Shown here piece after piece: positions 46,405 through 55,782 of a DNA stretch of 64,000 nucleotides. The notes beneath the pieces were generated by a model, which searched no databases, was not told where the DNA came from, and worked only from the letters and a program-made list of their open reading frames with translations. This stretch comes from an uncultured Saprospiraceae bacterium (GTDB lineage: Bacteria > Bacteroidota > Bacteroidia > Chitinophagales > Saprospiraceae). A program made the translations under genes and the position numbers. The stretch lies in NCBI GenBank assembly GCA_942490895.1, contig CALNZC010000046.1, positions 21,335-85,334 of the forward strand, written 5' to 3'. The number at the start of each line of letters is the position of its first letter. Position 1 is the first letter of the stretch.

Positions 46405-46725
46405 ATGTCCGAGAATCCTTACCTGCCGATCCTTGCTGATTTTGAGATCACCACTCAGGGGGAAGCGCAGTTTGATGAAGCAGCGGTCCTGGAGATGCTC
46501 ACCAAGCAGATCGCCTGGATGTTGGAAACAAAAACCGAATTTCTCTTTTCTCTGCTCTACCGTCTGGATGTCGACGAACGGCTGGTCCGCCGGGCCATGG
46601 ACCCCTCCACAGAAATACCTGCTGCCGAAGGCCTGGCACGCTTGGTCTTTGACCGCCAAATGGCTCGCATCAAGACCAAACGGGATATCCGGGTCGATGA
46701 CATCGATCCCGATCTGGCCTGGTAG
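46405..46725 (+). CDS. Hypothetical protein
   Basis: 106-aa ORF from the ATG at 46405 (MSENPYLPILADFEITTQGEAQFDEAAVLEMLTKQIAWMLE...). Protein-like, with no motif recognised. Confidence 0.6.
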   Translation: MSENPYLPILADFEITTQGEAQFDEAAVLEMLTKQIAWMLETKTEFLFSLLYRLDVDERLVRRAMDPSTEIPAAEGLARLVFDRQMARIKTKRDIRVDDIDPDLAW

Positions 46726-46771
46726 GGAAGCACTTTCCAACTTATTATCTGTCGAAACCCTGAGCCAGAAT

Positions 46772-46833
46772 CTCTTTGCGCCTTTGCGAGAAATGACTCA
46801 CGCAAAGGCGCTGTGCCGCAAAGAGTGAGTCAT
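46772..46833 (+). other. Set of mutually exclusive hairpins (attenuator-like or structured RNA candidate)
   Basis: GCGCCTTTGCG (46778-88) pairs with CGCAAAGGCGC (46801-11). Alternatively, ATGACTCAC (46793-801) pairs with GTGAGTCAT (46825-33), and CTCTTTGCG (46772-80) pairs with CGCAAAGAG (46817-25). Confidence 0.4.
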
Positions 46834-46955
46834 CTACGGGCTGAACATCTACCATTATCACCTGGCATCCACCCTTGGGATTGGTCGTGGTGAGAGCGCG
46901 CAAAGAAATTCAGGACTGAGAAATCGGCTCCACTCTCCACCCCCTTTCTGTCATT

Positions 46956-47154
46956 CGAATTTGACATTTGGAATTTACCTGGCCGCCGGCAGGCGGGTTT
47001 GTGATTTGACATTTGTCATTTGGTGCTTTCTCCTCTGTGCTTCTCCTCGACTCCTCCCCTCCAAACTCAGTTTCGGTCCTTCGCATTTGACATTTGGAGT
47101 TTACCTGGCCGCCGGCAGGCGGGTTTGTGATTTGACATTTGTGTTTTGGTGCTT
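46956..47154 (+). repeat. Two 73-nt direct repeats (126-nt period) each containing the hairpin CCGCC-GGCA-GGCGG; partial third tail at 47165-47186
   Basis: C(G/A)(A/C)ATTTGACATTTGGA(A/G)TTTACCTGGCCGCCGGCAGGCGGGTTTGTGATTTGACATTTGT(C/G)(A/T)TTTGGTGCTT occurs at 46956-47028 and 47082-47154. Confidence 0.85.
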
Positions 47155-47204
47155 ATTTGATTTTTAGTGCTTGTCATTTGGTGCTTCAACTCATCTTTGC
47201 CCCT

Positions 47205-48101
47205 GTGAAGAACAACTGGCTCGCCCATCTCGCTCTCTTTGCTGTCGCTGTCATTTATGGCGCCAACTATTCCATTGCCAAAGTGGTCATGGACGGGGAG
47301 TACATTGGCCCACTGGGTTTCATCCTGGTCCGGGTATTGACGGCGACTGCCTTGTTCTGGATGACGGGTCTGGGACGGCCCACCCCTGCCATTCCCAGGC
47401 AGGATATGATCCGACTGCTGTTTTGTGGCTTATTTGGTGTGGCCTCCAATCAAATGCTCTTTTTCAGTGGGCTGGACCGCACGACACCCATCCATGCCTC
47501 ACTGATTATGGTGCTGACGCCGGTACTCGTCCTCTTGCTTTCCGCCCTGATCGAGCGACGGGGCATTCGGCGGGAACGGGCTTTCGGTGTATTGGTCGCC
47601 GGGACGGGAGCAGCTTTTCTGATCCTGCAAAGCCGGCAGACTGGACTAGCAGATGGCGATGTCCTGGGTGATCTGATGGTTGCCGGAAATGCGACAAGCT
47701 ATGCTTTGTATCTGATCCTCGTCCGACCCCTGATGGCCAAGTATTCGCCCAACCTGGTGTTGAAGTGGGTCTTTCTGTTCGGTTCTTTTTTTGTGATGTT
47801 CTTCGGATGGCCGCAGGCTAGCGCTGCCCGATGGCACGACTTTACCCCAATGATCATCGTCTGTTTTATCTACGTTCTGGTCTTCACCACCTTTTTCGCC
47901 TATGGCTTGAATGCCTTCGCTCTGCAACGTGTTGCGCCGGTCACCGTCAGTGCATATATCTATTTACAACCGCTGATCGCCGCTCTGATTGCGTTGATGA
48001 TGGGACAGGAAACCTTGACTCTACCCAAGATCCTCGCCGCAGTATTGATCTTTTCCGGGGTATTTATGGTCAGTCGGGAACGCGTGACCAAACCCGCCTG
48101 A
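47205..48101 (+). CDS. DMT superfamily (EamA-like) transporter
   Basis: Start moved to the GTG at 47205 (VKNNWLAHLALFAVAVIYGANYSIAK) because the track's first 22 codons lie in the repeat. It has 10 TM-like segments and two EamA-type halves. Confidence 0.8.
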   Translation: MKNNWLAHLALFAVAVIYGANYSIAKVVMDGEYIGPLGFILVRVLTATALFWMTGLGRPTPAIPRQDMIRLLFCGLFGVASNQMLFFSGLDRTTPIHASLIMVLTPVLVLLLSALIERRGIRRERAFGVLVAGTGAAFLILQSRQTGLADGDVLGDLMVAGNATSYALYLILVRPLMAKYSPNLVLKWVFLFGSFFVMFFGWPQASAARWHDFTPMIIVCFIYVLVFTTFFAYGLNAFALQRVAPVTVSAYIYLQPLIAALIALMMGQETLTLPKILAAVLIFSGVFMVSRERVTKPA

Positions 48102-48325
48102 CAAATATTTATTCTTTCCATAAAATATGAGTGCTACATATAATGTTGTTCATGGCAAACGTTTTAAGGATGTATAAACCGTAGATAGGAAGAATCCAAT
48201 CCCATGTAATTCTCTTATACTCAATCACTTGATCCCCTTATTCTGGAATCCGGCGAAGCTGCAATTTCACACGTTGACCGGCAGCTTCAAATAGTCGTAT
48301 ATTTACCTCAAACAGCCCACCTTGC

Positions 48326-49708
48326 ATGCCTGATTGGACATCCGACTTTGAAGCCCGCCTGGCAGAAGGCAATAGCGGTTACCTGGATGAACAAGTTTTC
48401 CTGGATCTCATCGAACAGTACCTCACCGGAGGGAAAGCCGATTTGGCCTATACCGCAAGTTGTGAAGCCCTCCTTCAACATCCATTTTCTGTTGACTTGA
48501 TGTGCAGCCAAGCTGCTGTTCTTCTGGAATTGGAAAAGCCCGACCAGGCCCTGTCCGTTTTGCGACATGCCTCCGGGATTTCCCCGGGTGAACTGGACAT
48601 CCAACTCCTTCAAGTGGAAACATTGATTGAGCTTGGCCGCTCCAACGAAGCAGAGATCATCCTCTCCCCCTTCCTCGAAGAAGGTAGTCAGGAAGACCTT
48701 GCCGATGCCTGGTATTTTAAAGCCATGATCGAAGAGCAACGTGACCAATGGTTGCAGATGCACCTTAGTCTGGAGCGAGCTGTACGATACAACCCTCGGT
48801 TTCAGGAAGCGCTGGAACGTCTTTGGCTCAGCACAGAGATGCTGGGCAACTATACAGAGAGCGCCACCTTTTATGAGGAGATCATCGAACAGGACCCCTA
48901 TGCCTGGCAGGTGTGGTACAACCTTGGCCATGCCCATTCTTGCCAGGAAAATTATGAGGAGGCAGCTGAGGCATTTGACTATGCCTGCGTGATCAACGAA
49001 GAATTTGAACATGCCTGGCGAGATCTGGGAGAGATGTACCTCCAGTTGGGCAAATTTCAGAAGGCAGTGGAGAGTTTTCTCACTTCCCTGGAAAAGTCTG
49101 AATCTCAAGATCCTGACCTCCTGGTCAAACTGGGAGAAGCCTACGAAAAGAATGGCGAACGAGAACAAGCGGTAACCACCTTGAAGACAGCCTTGGTCCT
49201 GGATGACAAACACGATGAAGCCCTGTTTCAATTGGGATGCATCCGTGTTCTTGAAAGCAGCTATGACGAAGCGGTCTTTCAACTTGAAGCCGCCATTAGT
49301 CTGAATGGTGATCGCGAGGAGTACTACGTTGCACTTGCAGAAGCCTACTTTCAGAAGGGCAATCTCCCACAGGCCGAGTTTTGCTTGAATCGCGCCCTGG
49401 AACTCGCTCCGGAACAAAGCAGCTACTGGTTGCAGTATGCTTCGTTTTTACTCCAACACGGCTCTCTGACGGAAGCACTGGATATTCTGGAAACAGCGAT
49501 TGGACAACAATTCTCCCCTCAATTGGATTATGCTCGTATCGCCTGTTTGTTCAAACTGGGAAAACGGCAAGAAGCCTGTCAGTCTCTCTGTTTGCAACTG
49601 GCGGAGGATTTTGATGCACACCAAACTCTTTTTGATGTCGCCCCGGAACTCAGTGCGGACCCTGATGTGATCAGCCTGGTCAGAGCCTTCCGGAGTACCG
49701 ATGCCTAA
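48326..49708 (+). CDS. Tetratricopeptide-repeat protein
   Basis: 460 aa with many 34-aa A/Y/L-patterned repeats (e.g. AWYFKAMIEEQRDQW, AWQVWYNLGHAHSCQENYEEAAEAFDYA, AWRDLGEMYLQLGKFQKAVESF). Confidence 0.85.
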   Translation: MPDWTSDFEARLAEGNSGYLDEQVFLDLIEQYLTGGKADLAYTASCEALLQHPFSVDLMCSQAAVLLELEKPDQALSVLRHASGISPGELDIQLLQVETLIELGRSNEAEIILSPFLEEGSQEDLADAWYFKAMIEEQRDQWLQMHLSLERAVRYNPRFQEALERLWLSTEMLGNYTESATFYEEIIEQDPYAWQVWYNLGHAHSCQENYEEAAEAFDYACVINEEFEHAWRDLGEMYLQLGKFQKAVESFLTSLEKSESQDPDLLVKLGEAYEKNGEREQAVTTLKTALVLDDKHDEALFQLGCIRVLESSYDEAVFQLEAAISLNGDREEYYVALAEAYFQKGNLPQAEFCLNRALELAPEQSSYWLQYASFLLQHGSLTEALDILETAIGQQFSPQLDYARIACLFKLGKRQEACQSLCLQLAEDFDAHQTLFDVAPELSADPDVISLVRAFRSTDA

Positions 49709-49752
49709 CCGCCTTCCACAAAGGCTCCCAAATCGTAAGAACACCATTTATT

Positions 49753-50385
49753 TTGACTGAAGTCCCAGATCACCTGCCCCTGACAACCGCTGAAAAGCAT
49801 GCCATATTTGAGGAAGAGTTTCTCCCTCATATTGATGCTCTTCACACTTTTGCTTTCCACCTGACCCTTGACGATGATGCCGCCAATGATCTGGTCCAGG
49901 ATGCCTATATGAAGGCATACCGGTTTATTCGGCAATACGACAGAGGCACCAATGCCAAAGCCTGGCTGTTCAAGATCCTCAAAAACGCCTTTATCAATGA
50001 ATACCGGCGAAAGAAGCGCCAGCCGGTTCAGGTGGATTATGAAGAGATCCGGAAAGTCCACGAAAAAGAGGAGCCGGGCGGCCCTGATGCCTATTTTGAC
50101 CTCCGGGAGGAAATGTTCAATTACCTCATTGGTGATGAAGTGACCTATGCAATCAATGCGATGCCCGTCGACTTCAGAACAGTCATCCTGCTCTGCGATG
50201 TCGAAGATTTCACCTACGAAGAGATTGCTCTCATCCTCGATATTCCGATTGGCACCGTTCGCTCCCGTCTTCATCGGGCCCGAAACCTCCTCAAGGAGAA
50301 GTTGAAGGATTATGCACGATCCCTTGGGTATGAGGACAAACGGAGAAAAATGTCCAAGGGTGAGGATGATTCCACGACAGATTAA
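49753..50385 (+). CDS. ECF-type RNA polymerase sigma-70 factor
   Basis: Region 2 DLVQDAYMKAYRFIRQYDRGTNAKAWLFKILKNAFINEYRR. Region 4 FRTVILLCDVEDFTYEEIALILDIPIGTVRSRLHRARNLLKEKL. TTG start. Confidence 0.88.
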   Translation: MTEVPDHLPLTTAEKHAIFEEEFLPHIDALHTFAFHLTLDDDAANDLVQDAYMKAYRFIRQYDRGTNAKAWLFKILKNAFINEYRRKKRQPVQVDYEEIRKVHEKEEPGGPDAYFDLREEMFNYLIGDEVTYAINAMPVDFRTVILLCDVEDFTYEEIALILDIPIGTVRSRLHRARNLLKEKLKDYARSLGYEDKRRKMSKGEDDSTTD

Positions 50386-50535
50386 TGTCTATATGTGGGG
50401 AACTATGCCCCCCCTTTCTTTGGTTATATCTGTCTCAAGCGTTACCTTGACTAGGCTATAGGTTCTTCCTTTGATCCACTTTGGGGAAAACAGGGGACGG
50501 AGGAACTCCAATTGTTTTACACAAACCAACAGGCT

Positions 50536-50766
50536 ATGAAAAACGATGAGTTAATCCATCGGGTGTCCCTTTTTCTGGACAACGAACTGAACCAGGACGA
50601 AGCCCGAAACCTGATGGATGAAATCCGGGAAAACAAACAATATCAGTCTTTACTGCATCAGGAGCAGTCATTTAAGACCTATGTCAAGACACATGTGAGC
50701 CGACGAAATGTCTCTCCCGCCCTGATCCAGTCCATCAAGGAGAAAATTCGCGTTTCTCCTTCCTAA
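50536..50766 (+). CDS. Small putative anti-sigma factor-like protein
   Basis: 76 aa from MKNDELIHRVSLFLDNELNQDEARNLMDEI. Its position after the ECF sigma gene and its N-terminal pattern suggest an anti-sigma-like domain. No TM segment is visible. Confidence 0.45.
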   Translation: MKNDELIHRVSLFLDNELNQDEARNLMDEIRENKQYQSLLHQEQSFKTYVKTHVSRRNVSPALIQSIKEKIRVSPS

Positions 50767-50859
50767 CAGGACAATTTCTTTATCCTGTCTTTTTCAAAAC
50801 ACCACCACAGACATACCGGCCTATCGCCGTACTTTTGCTGCCCTTGACCTCAACGCAGC

Positions 50860-51939
50860 ATGGAACAGCTATTGCAACAACTGGAGGGATTCGTCCACCG
50901 ATATCAGGATCTGGAACTTCAAATGTCCGATCCGGAGGTAATCTCTGACCCGACACGGTTCACGAAGATCAACAAGGCTTACAAAAGCCTGGAGCCTATC
51001 GTCCTGAAATACAAGGATTACGCCCAGTTGCTGGGCAACCTCGATACCGCTCGGTCCCTGCTCAAGGAATCTGATCCCGAAATGCGGGAAATGGCTCAAG
51101 GGGAGATCCTGTCGCTGGAGCCACGGCAGATCGAAATGGAAGAAGAGATTCGTGTTCTTCTCATCCCCAAAGATCCCGAAGATGAAAAAGATGTGATCGT
51201 GGAGATCCGCGCTGGTACGGGTGGTGATGAAGCCAGCATCTTTGCTGGCGATCTGTTTCGCATGTACACCCGCTATTTTGACAGTCAGAACTGGAAACAG
51301 GAGGTCCTTTCTCAAAACGATGGGAGCTCCGGTGGCTACAAGGAAATCGTCATCGAGGTCAAAGGCACCGATGTCTATGCACAGTTGAAATTTGAATCCG
51401 GAGCGCACCGGGTGCAGCGTGTTCCAAAAACTGAATCCCAAGGCCGTATTCATACCTCCGCTGCCACGGTAGCGGTCATCCCCGTCTTTGAATTCGAAGA
51501 TGTGAACATCCTCAAATCAGACCTGAAAACAGACACTTTTCGTGCCAGTGGCGCTGGAGGACAGCACGTAAACAAAACAGAATCCGGAGTGCGATTTACC
51601 CACCTCCCCACCGGGATAGTGGCGGAAAGCACAGAAGCCCGGTCTCAATTCAAAAACCGGGATATCGCTATGCAACGCCTCATCCAGAAGATCCAGGATA
51701 CCCGCCGGGCTGAACATGATTCTGCTCTGGCCTCTCAGCGAAAAACGCTGGTCGGGTCTGGAGACCGCTCCGACAAAATCCGCACATACAACTATCCTCA
51801 AAACAGGGTCACCGATCATCGAATCAATCTGACACTATACAATCTGGACCAGATCATGGAAGGGCAAATCCAGGATATCATTCAGGCCCTGCAGACCGAA
51901 GAGAATGCCTCCAAACTGGCGGAACAGGTAAATGGCTAA
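50860..51939 (+). CDS. prfA: Peptide chain release factor 1
   Basis: RVQRVPKTESQGRIHTSA (PxT motif), FRASGAGGQHVNKTESGVRFTHLPTG (GGQ), and SDKIRTYNYPQNRVTDHRI. Confidence 0.95.
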   Translation: MEQLLQQLEGFVHRYQDLELQMSDPEVISDPTRFTKINKAYKSLEPIVLKYKDYAQLLGNLDTARSLLKESDPEMREMAQGEILSLEPRQIEMEEEIRVLLIPKDPEDEKDVIVEIRAGTGGDEASIFAGDLFRMYTRYFDSQNWKQEVLSQNDGSSGGYKEIVIEVKGTDVYAQLKFESGAHRVQRVPKTESQGRIHTSAATVAVIPVFEFEDVNILKSDLKTDTFRASGAGGQHVNKTESGVRFTHLPTGIVAESTEARSQFKNRDIAMQRLIQKIQDTRRAEHDSALASQRKTLVGSGDRSDKIRTYNYPQNRVTDHRINLTLYNLDQIMEGQIQDIIQALQTEENASKLAEQVNG

Positions 51940-51994
51940 TCAACCTGGTCTTTCAATGGCCTTTCCCCTACTTTTGCCTTAGAAATTTGTTCTC

Positions 51995-54001
51995 ATGACC
52001 ACCTTAGCGAAAGATCTGCCTGCAAAACCCTTTGACCGGAAAGGATTGGAAGATGATACATTGCTCCGCCTGTATCGTCATCTGATCCTGCCCCGACTGA
52101 TTGAAGAAAAGATGCTGATCCTTCTCCGTCAGGGACGGATCAGCAAGTGGTTCAGCGGAATTGGTCAGGAGGCAATCGCCGTAGGAACCACCGCCGCCCT
52201 GGATCCGGATGAACTGATGTTCACTATGCATCGCAATCTCGGTGTGTTTACCACCCGGGAGATGCCCCTGGATAAACTGGTGGCCCAATGGCAAGGAAAA
52301 AAGACGGGGTTTTCAAAAGGTCGCGAACGGTCCTTCCATTTCGGTGCCTTGGAATATGGCATCGTTGGTATGATCTCTCACCTGGGCCCCCAGCTTTCCC
52401 TGGCCTCGGGCGTTGCCCTGGCCCATAAGCTGAAAGCGGAGGGAAAGATCTCACTGGCCTTTACCGGGGAAGGAGGGACCAGTCAGGGTGAATTCCACGA
52501 AGCCCTCAATGTCGCAGCAGTTTGGGACCTTCCAGTGATCTTCGTGATCGAGAATAACGGATACGGACTGAGTACACCAACCAATGAACAGTTTCGCTGC
52601 GCTAACCTAGCCATCCGAGGCGCGGGTTATGGCATGGAAGCCCACACCATTGATGGAAATAATATCCTCGAAGTCTACCAGACCGTAAAAGATCTCGCTA
52701 CGTCAATGCGCGACCGGCCACGACCGATACTCCTGGAATGCATGACCTTCCGCATGCGCGGACATGAAGAGGCTTCTGGAACAAAGTATGTCCCCAAAGA
52801 GCTCTTTTCGCAATGGGAGACCAAGGATCCCATCAAAACATATGAGGATTGGTTGATCACTGAAGGGCTCCTGGACGAAGAGGCCACCACCGCCATTCGC
52901 GGCAGCTTCAAGCAATTTATCAACGATGCCGTGGAACGGGCATTTGCAGAGCCAGATCCTGTCCCGAACATCCAGGAAGAACTGCAGGATGTCTATGCGC
53001 CTTACACCCCTGCGTCGTTACCTCCTATTTCTTCAGAACGCAAAGAAATGAGGCTTGTCGATGCCATTTCGGATGGCTTGCGTCAAGGGATGGAGATCCA
53101 TGACAACCTGGTCCTGATGGGGCAGGACATCGCTGAATACGGCGGGGTCTTCAAAATCACGGATGGCTTTGTGCAACAGTTTGGAAAAGATCGGGTCCGG
53201 AATACACCGCTTTGTGAAAGCGCCATCATCGGCATCAGCCAGGGATTGAGCTTCAAGGGTTTCAAGTCCATGGTCGAGATGCAATTTGCTGACTTTGTCA
53301 CTTGCGGATTCAACCAGATCATCAACAATCTGGCGAAAGCACACTACCGATGGGGTGCGAGCGCTGATGTCGTCATCCGTATGCCGGCTGGAGCCGGAGT
53401 GGGTGCAGGTCCTTTTCACTCCCAGAGTAACGAGGTCTGGTTTGCCCATACACCCGGACTGAAGGTGGTCTTTCCGGCTACTCCAGCGGATGCTAAGGGC
53501 CTCCTGTTGTCCGCTTTGGATGATCCCAATCCGGTGCTCTTTTTCGAGCACAAGGCGTTGTACAGAGCCGTTTCAGAGGAGGTTCCAGTCGATCCCTATC
53601 GAATCCCTATCGGTAAGGCAAAACTGGTCCGCCAGGGCATGGACGTCTCCATCATCACCTACGGTATGGGCGTGCATTGGGCGACAAAGGCTGTCCATGA
53701 ACTGGACATCGATGCCGATATTCTGGATTTGCGATCCCTCCTGCCGCTCGATTATGAGGCGATAGCCGAAACGGTCAAAAAAACAAGCCGGGTCATCATT
53801 CTCCACGAAGACACCCTGTTCCTGGGTATTGGTGGAGAGATCAGTGCCTGGATCAATGAACATCTATTTGAATATTTGGATGCACCTGTGATGAGGAGTG
53901 CCAGTTTGGACACACCCATTCCATTTGCCATCCCCCTGGAGCAGCAATTTCTGCCACCCAATCGTTTTCGTGAACAACTTCAAAACCTGTTGGTCTACTA
54001 A
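51995..54001 (+). CDS. Fused alpha/beta E1 component of a 2-oxoacid (branched-chain-type) dehydrogenase, TPP-dependent
   Basis: 668 aa. The alpha part has GEGGTSQGEFHEALNVAAVWDLPVIFVIENNGYGLST (TPP motif). The beta part has RVRNTPLCESAIIGISQG...FADF and a transketolase C-terminal domain. Confidence 0.9.
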   Translation: MTTLAKDLPAKPFDRKGLEDDTLLRLYRHLILPRLIEEKMLILLRQGRISKWFSGIGQEAIAVGTTAALDPDELMFTMHRNLGVFTTREMPLDKLVAQWQGKKTGFSKGRERSFHFGALEYGIVGMISHLGPQLSLASGVALAHKLKAEGKISLAFTGEGGTSQGEFHEALNVAAVWDLPVIFVIENNGYGLSTPTNEQFRCANLAIRGAGYGMEAHTIDGNNILEVYQTVKDLATSMRDRPRPILLECMTFRMRGHEEASGTKYVPKELFSQWETKDPIKTYEDWLITEGLLDEEATTAIRGSFKQFINDAVERAFAEPDPVPNIQEELQDVYAPYTPASLPPISSERKEMRLVDAISDGLRQGMEIHDNLVLMGQDIAEYGGVFKITDGFVQQFGKDRVRNTPLCESAIIGISQGLSFKGFKSMVEMQFADFVTCGFNQIINNLAKAHYRWGASADVVIRMPAGAGVGAGPFHSQSNEVWFAHTPGLKVVFPATPADAKGLLLSALDDPNPVLFFEHKALYRAVSEEVPVDPYRIPIGKAKLVRQGMDVSIITYGMGVHWATKAVHELDIDADILDLRSLLPLDYEAIAETVKKTSRVIILHEDTLFLGIGGEISAWINEHLFEYLDAPVMRSASLDTPIPFAIPLEQQFLPPNRFREQLQNLLVY

Positions 54002-54429
54002 TGGAAAAGGATTTTTCAACACTCGTATCGGTCAGCGGTCTGCCCGGTTTGTTTCGCGTCGTCGCCAATCGTCACAATGGACTGATCGTTGAGGATCTGA
54101 CCAATGGTCAAAAACGATTTGCCCCGGTACGTTCACATCAGTTTTCATTATTGGCGTCCATCGGGATCTATACTGAAGAAGGGACGGAAGACCTCCAGAA
54201 CGTCTTTCTCGCTATGGACGCGCACGACACACCCGCCCCGGATATAGCCATTGCCAAGGATGAAGAACTGCGACTCTACTTCAAGGAGATACTGCCGACT
54301 TATGATGAAGAGATGGTGCGCATGAGCGACATTCGTAAGGTGATCAAGTGGTTTCACTTTATCAAAGAGAACGACCTGATGCCGGAGGCTAACACGACTC
54401 CCGCAAAAGCTGAAAAAGAGGAAGAATAG
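54001..54429 (+). CDS. DUF5606-like protein
   Basis: LVSVSGLPGLFRVVANRHNGLIVEDLTNGQKRF...LASIGIYTEEG resembles the Bacteroidota DUF5606 N-terminal signature. TAATG overlap with the E1 gene. Confidence 0.55.
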   Translation: MEKDFSTLVSVSGLPGLFRVVANRHNGLIVEDLTNGQKRFAPVRSHQFSLLASIGIYTEEGTEDLQNVFLAMDAHDTPAPDIAIAKDEELRLYFKEILPTYDEEMVRMSDIRKVIKWFHFIKENDLMPEANTTPAKAEKEEE

Positions 54430-54444
54430 GATTATCTCATTGTC

Positions 54445-55782
54445 TTACCTGGATAACAAGCCTGACAGACTCAGGATGTCCACCTCATGGACCCGAAGTT
54501 GGTATACCGTTGTGATCCGGCGAAGTGTGGCTTGTGCATAAGATAGCTGCACAGTCCGTACATCAAAAATAGAAAGCTGCCCCAGGCGAAACCTTTCCTC
54601 AGCCATAGTCAGGCTTTGTCTGGAGTTATCCACTTGAGCATTCTGGATGGCCAGATTTTGCAGATGAGTGTTATACCCGTCGAGCAGATCATCCATTCGA
54701 ACCAGTAATTGGTCAGTCAATGCTTGACGCGAAAGTGTTGCCATCTTTTCCTGCAATCGGTTCACCGATACTTGCCGACGACGAATACCGGCATCATAGA
54801 TCGGCCATGAACCATTGATCCCGAAATATAGATTGCGATTGGATCCGGTCTGGGTGCCAAAGGGCTCACCTGTGAAGGGATTATTACCATCCAGCCCCGT
54901 AACCGTACCTGCTAGTACCCCTCCGGCGCTGAGCCCAAAGCGAGGATAATATCCCGATTGGGTGATCTTCGTTTGCAGGCTCGCGATCTGTTCTCCGAGT
55001 ACAGCTTCCTGAACCAATGGGTTTTGTTCCAGCATGGCTCGCCGCAACACTTGTTTATCCCAAACCTGGGCAGGCATGGTCAGTGCGCCTGCTACCTGAA
55101 AGTCAGGACTGTCTGGATTGCCCATAGCCAGCTTCAGTGCATGCATGGCGATATTTCGGTTCAGGATCGAGGTAACCAAACCGGTACTATCGGTCAAGAC
55201 AGCATCCTGACTTTGCAAAACCTGCTGAGTCAATGCTTGACCCAATTCCCGACGTAACAACTGATCATTCAGAAGGTCCTGGCTCAAGCGAAGCACCTCT
55301 CTGGCCAGGTTGACCTGCTCCTGTTGCCATTCAAATTGTAGATAGGCCATCATCGTTTGTCGGACGGTCTGCAGTCCTGCCTCATCCAGACGAACCCTGG
55401 CCTGCTCCTCGAGTGTGCCCAGCTGTCTCAGGTTGTATCGGACACGAAATCCATCAAATACCAACCAGGTTGCGTCCAGAGAAACATTGGCATTGCCAGA
55501 ACGGATTAATCCATTCAGGAAGCTCGCAGGATTGTTTTGATCGTTCAGATTGCCCTGACTGGTCGTGTTCAAACTGACATTCGGATATCGGCCGGCCATG
55601 GCACCATGATTGTTGACAGCTGCCACTTCTACTTGAAGATTCGCAATCTGCCGTTGCAGATCATTTTCAAGTGCCGTTCGGACGCATTGGTCCATGGTAA
55701 GGACAGCCTGGCTTATGGATAAAACAGGCATTATCAAAGCCAGTACAAGAACGGGTAGATATAGACGTATTTGTATATTCAT
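54445..55782 (-). CDS. TolC-family outer membrane efflux protein
   Basis: Signal peptide and two repeated halves with the LT(L/M)..C(V/I)..AL..N pattern. Last gene of the RND operon, overlapping the RND stop. Confidence 0.85.
   Translation of the reverse strand: MNIQIRLYLPVLVLALIMPVLSISQAVLTMDQCVRTALENDLQRQIANLQVEVAAVNNHGAMAGRYPNVSLNTTSQGNLNDQNNPASFLNGLIRSGNANVSLDATWLVFDGFRVRYNLRQLGTLEEQARVRLDEAGLQTVRQTMMAYLQFEWQQEQVNLAREVLRLSQDLLNDQLLRRELGQALTQQVLQSQDAVLTDSTGLVTSILNRNIAMHALKLAMGNPDSPDFQVAGALTMPAQVWDKQVLRRAMLEQNPLVQEAVLGEQIASLQTKITQSGYYPRFGLSAGGVLAGTVTGLDGNNPFTGEPFGTQTGSNRNLYFGINGSWPIYDAGIRRRQVSVNRLQEKMATLSRQALTDQLLVRMDDLLDGYNTHLQNLAIQNAQVDNSRQSLTMAEERFRLGQLSIFDVRTVQLSYAQATLRRITTVYQLRVHEVDILSLSGLLSR

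Noticed and set aside
48308-49417. 369-aa minus-strand ORF
   Set aside because: It is antisense to the TPR protein gene. It lacks motifs, and the TPR frame shows clear 34-aa repeat periodicity.
51424-51432. RF1 codon-recognition tripeptide reads PKT instead of the commonly quoted PAT/PVT
   Set aside because: The motif is PxT with a variable middle residue. PKT occurs in functional RF1-type factors, so there is no evidence of altered stop-codon decoding.
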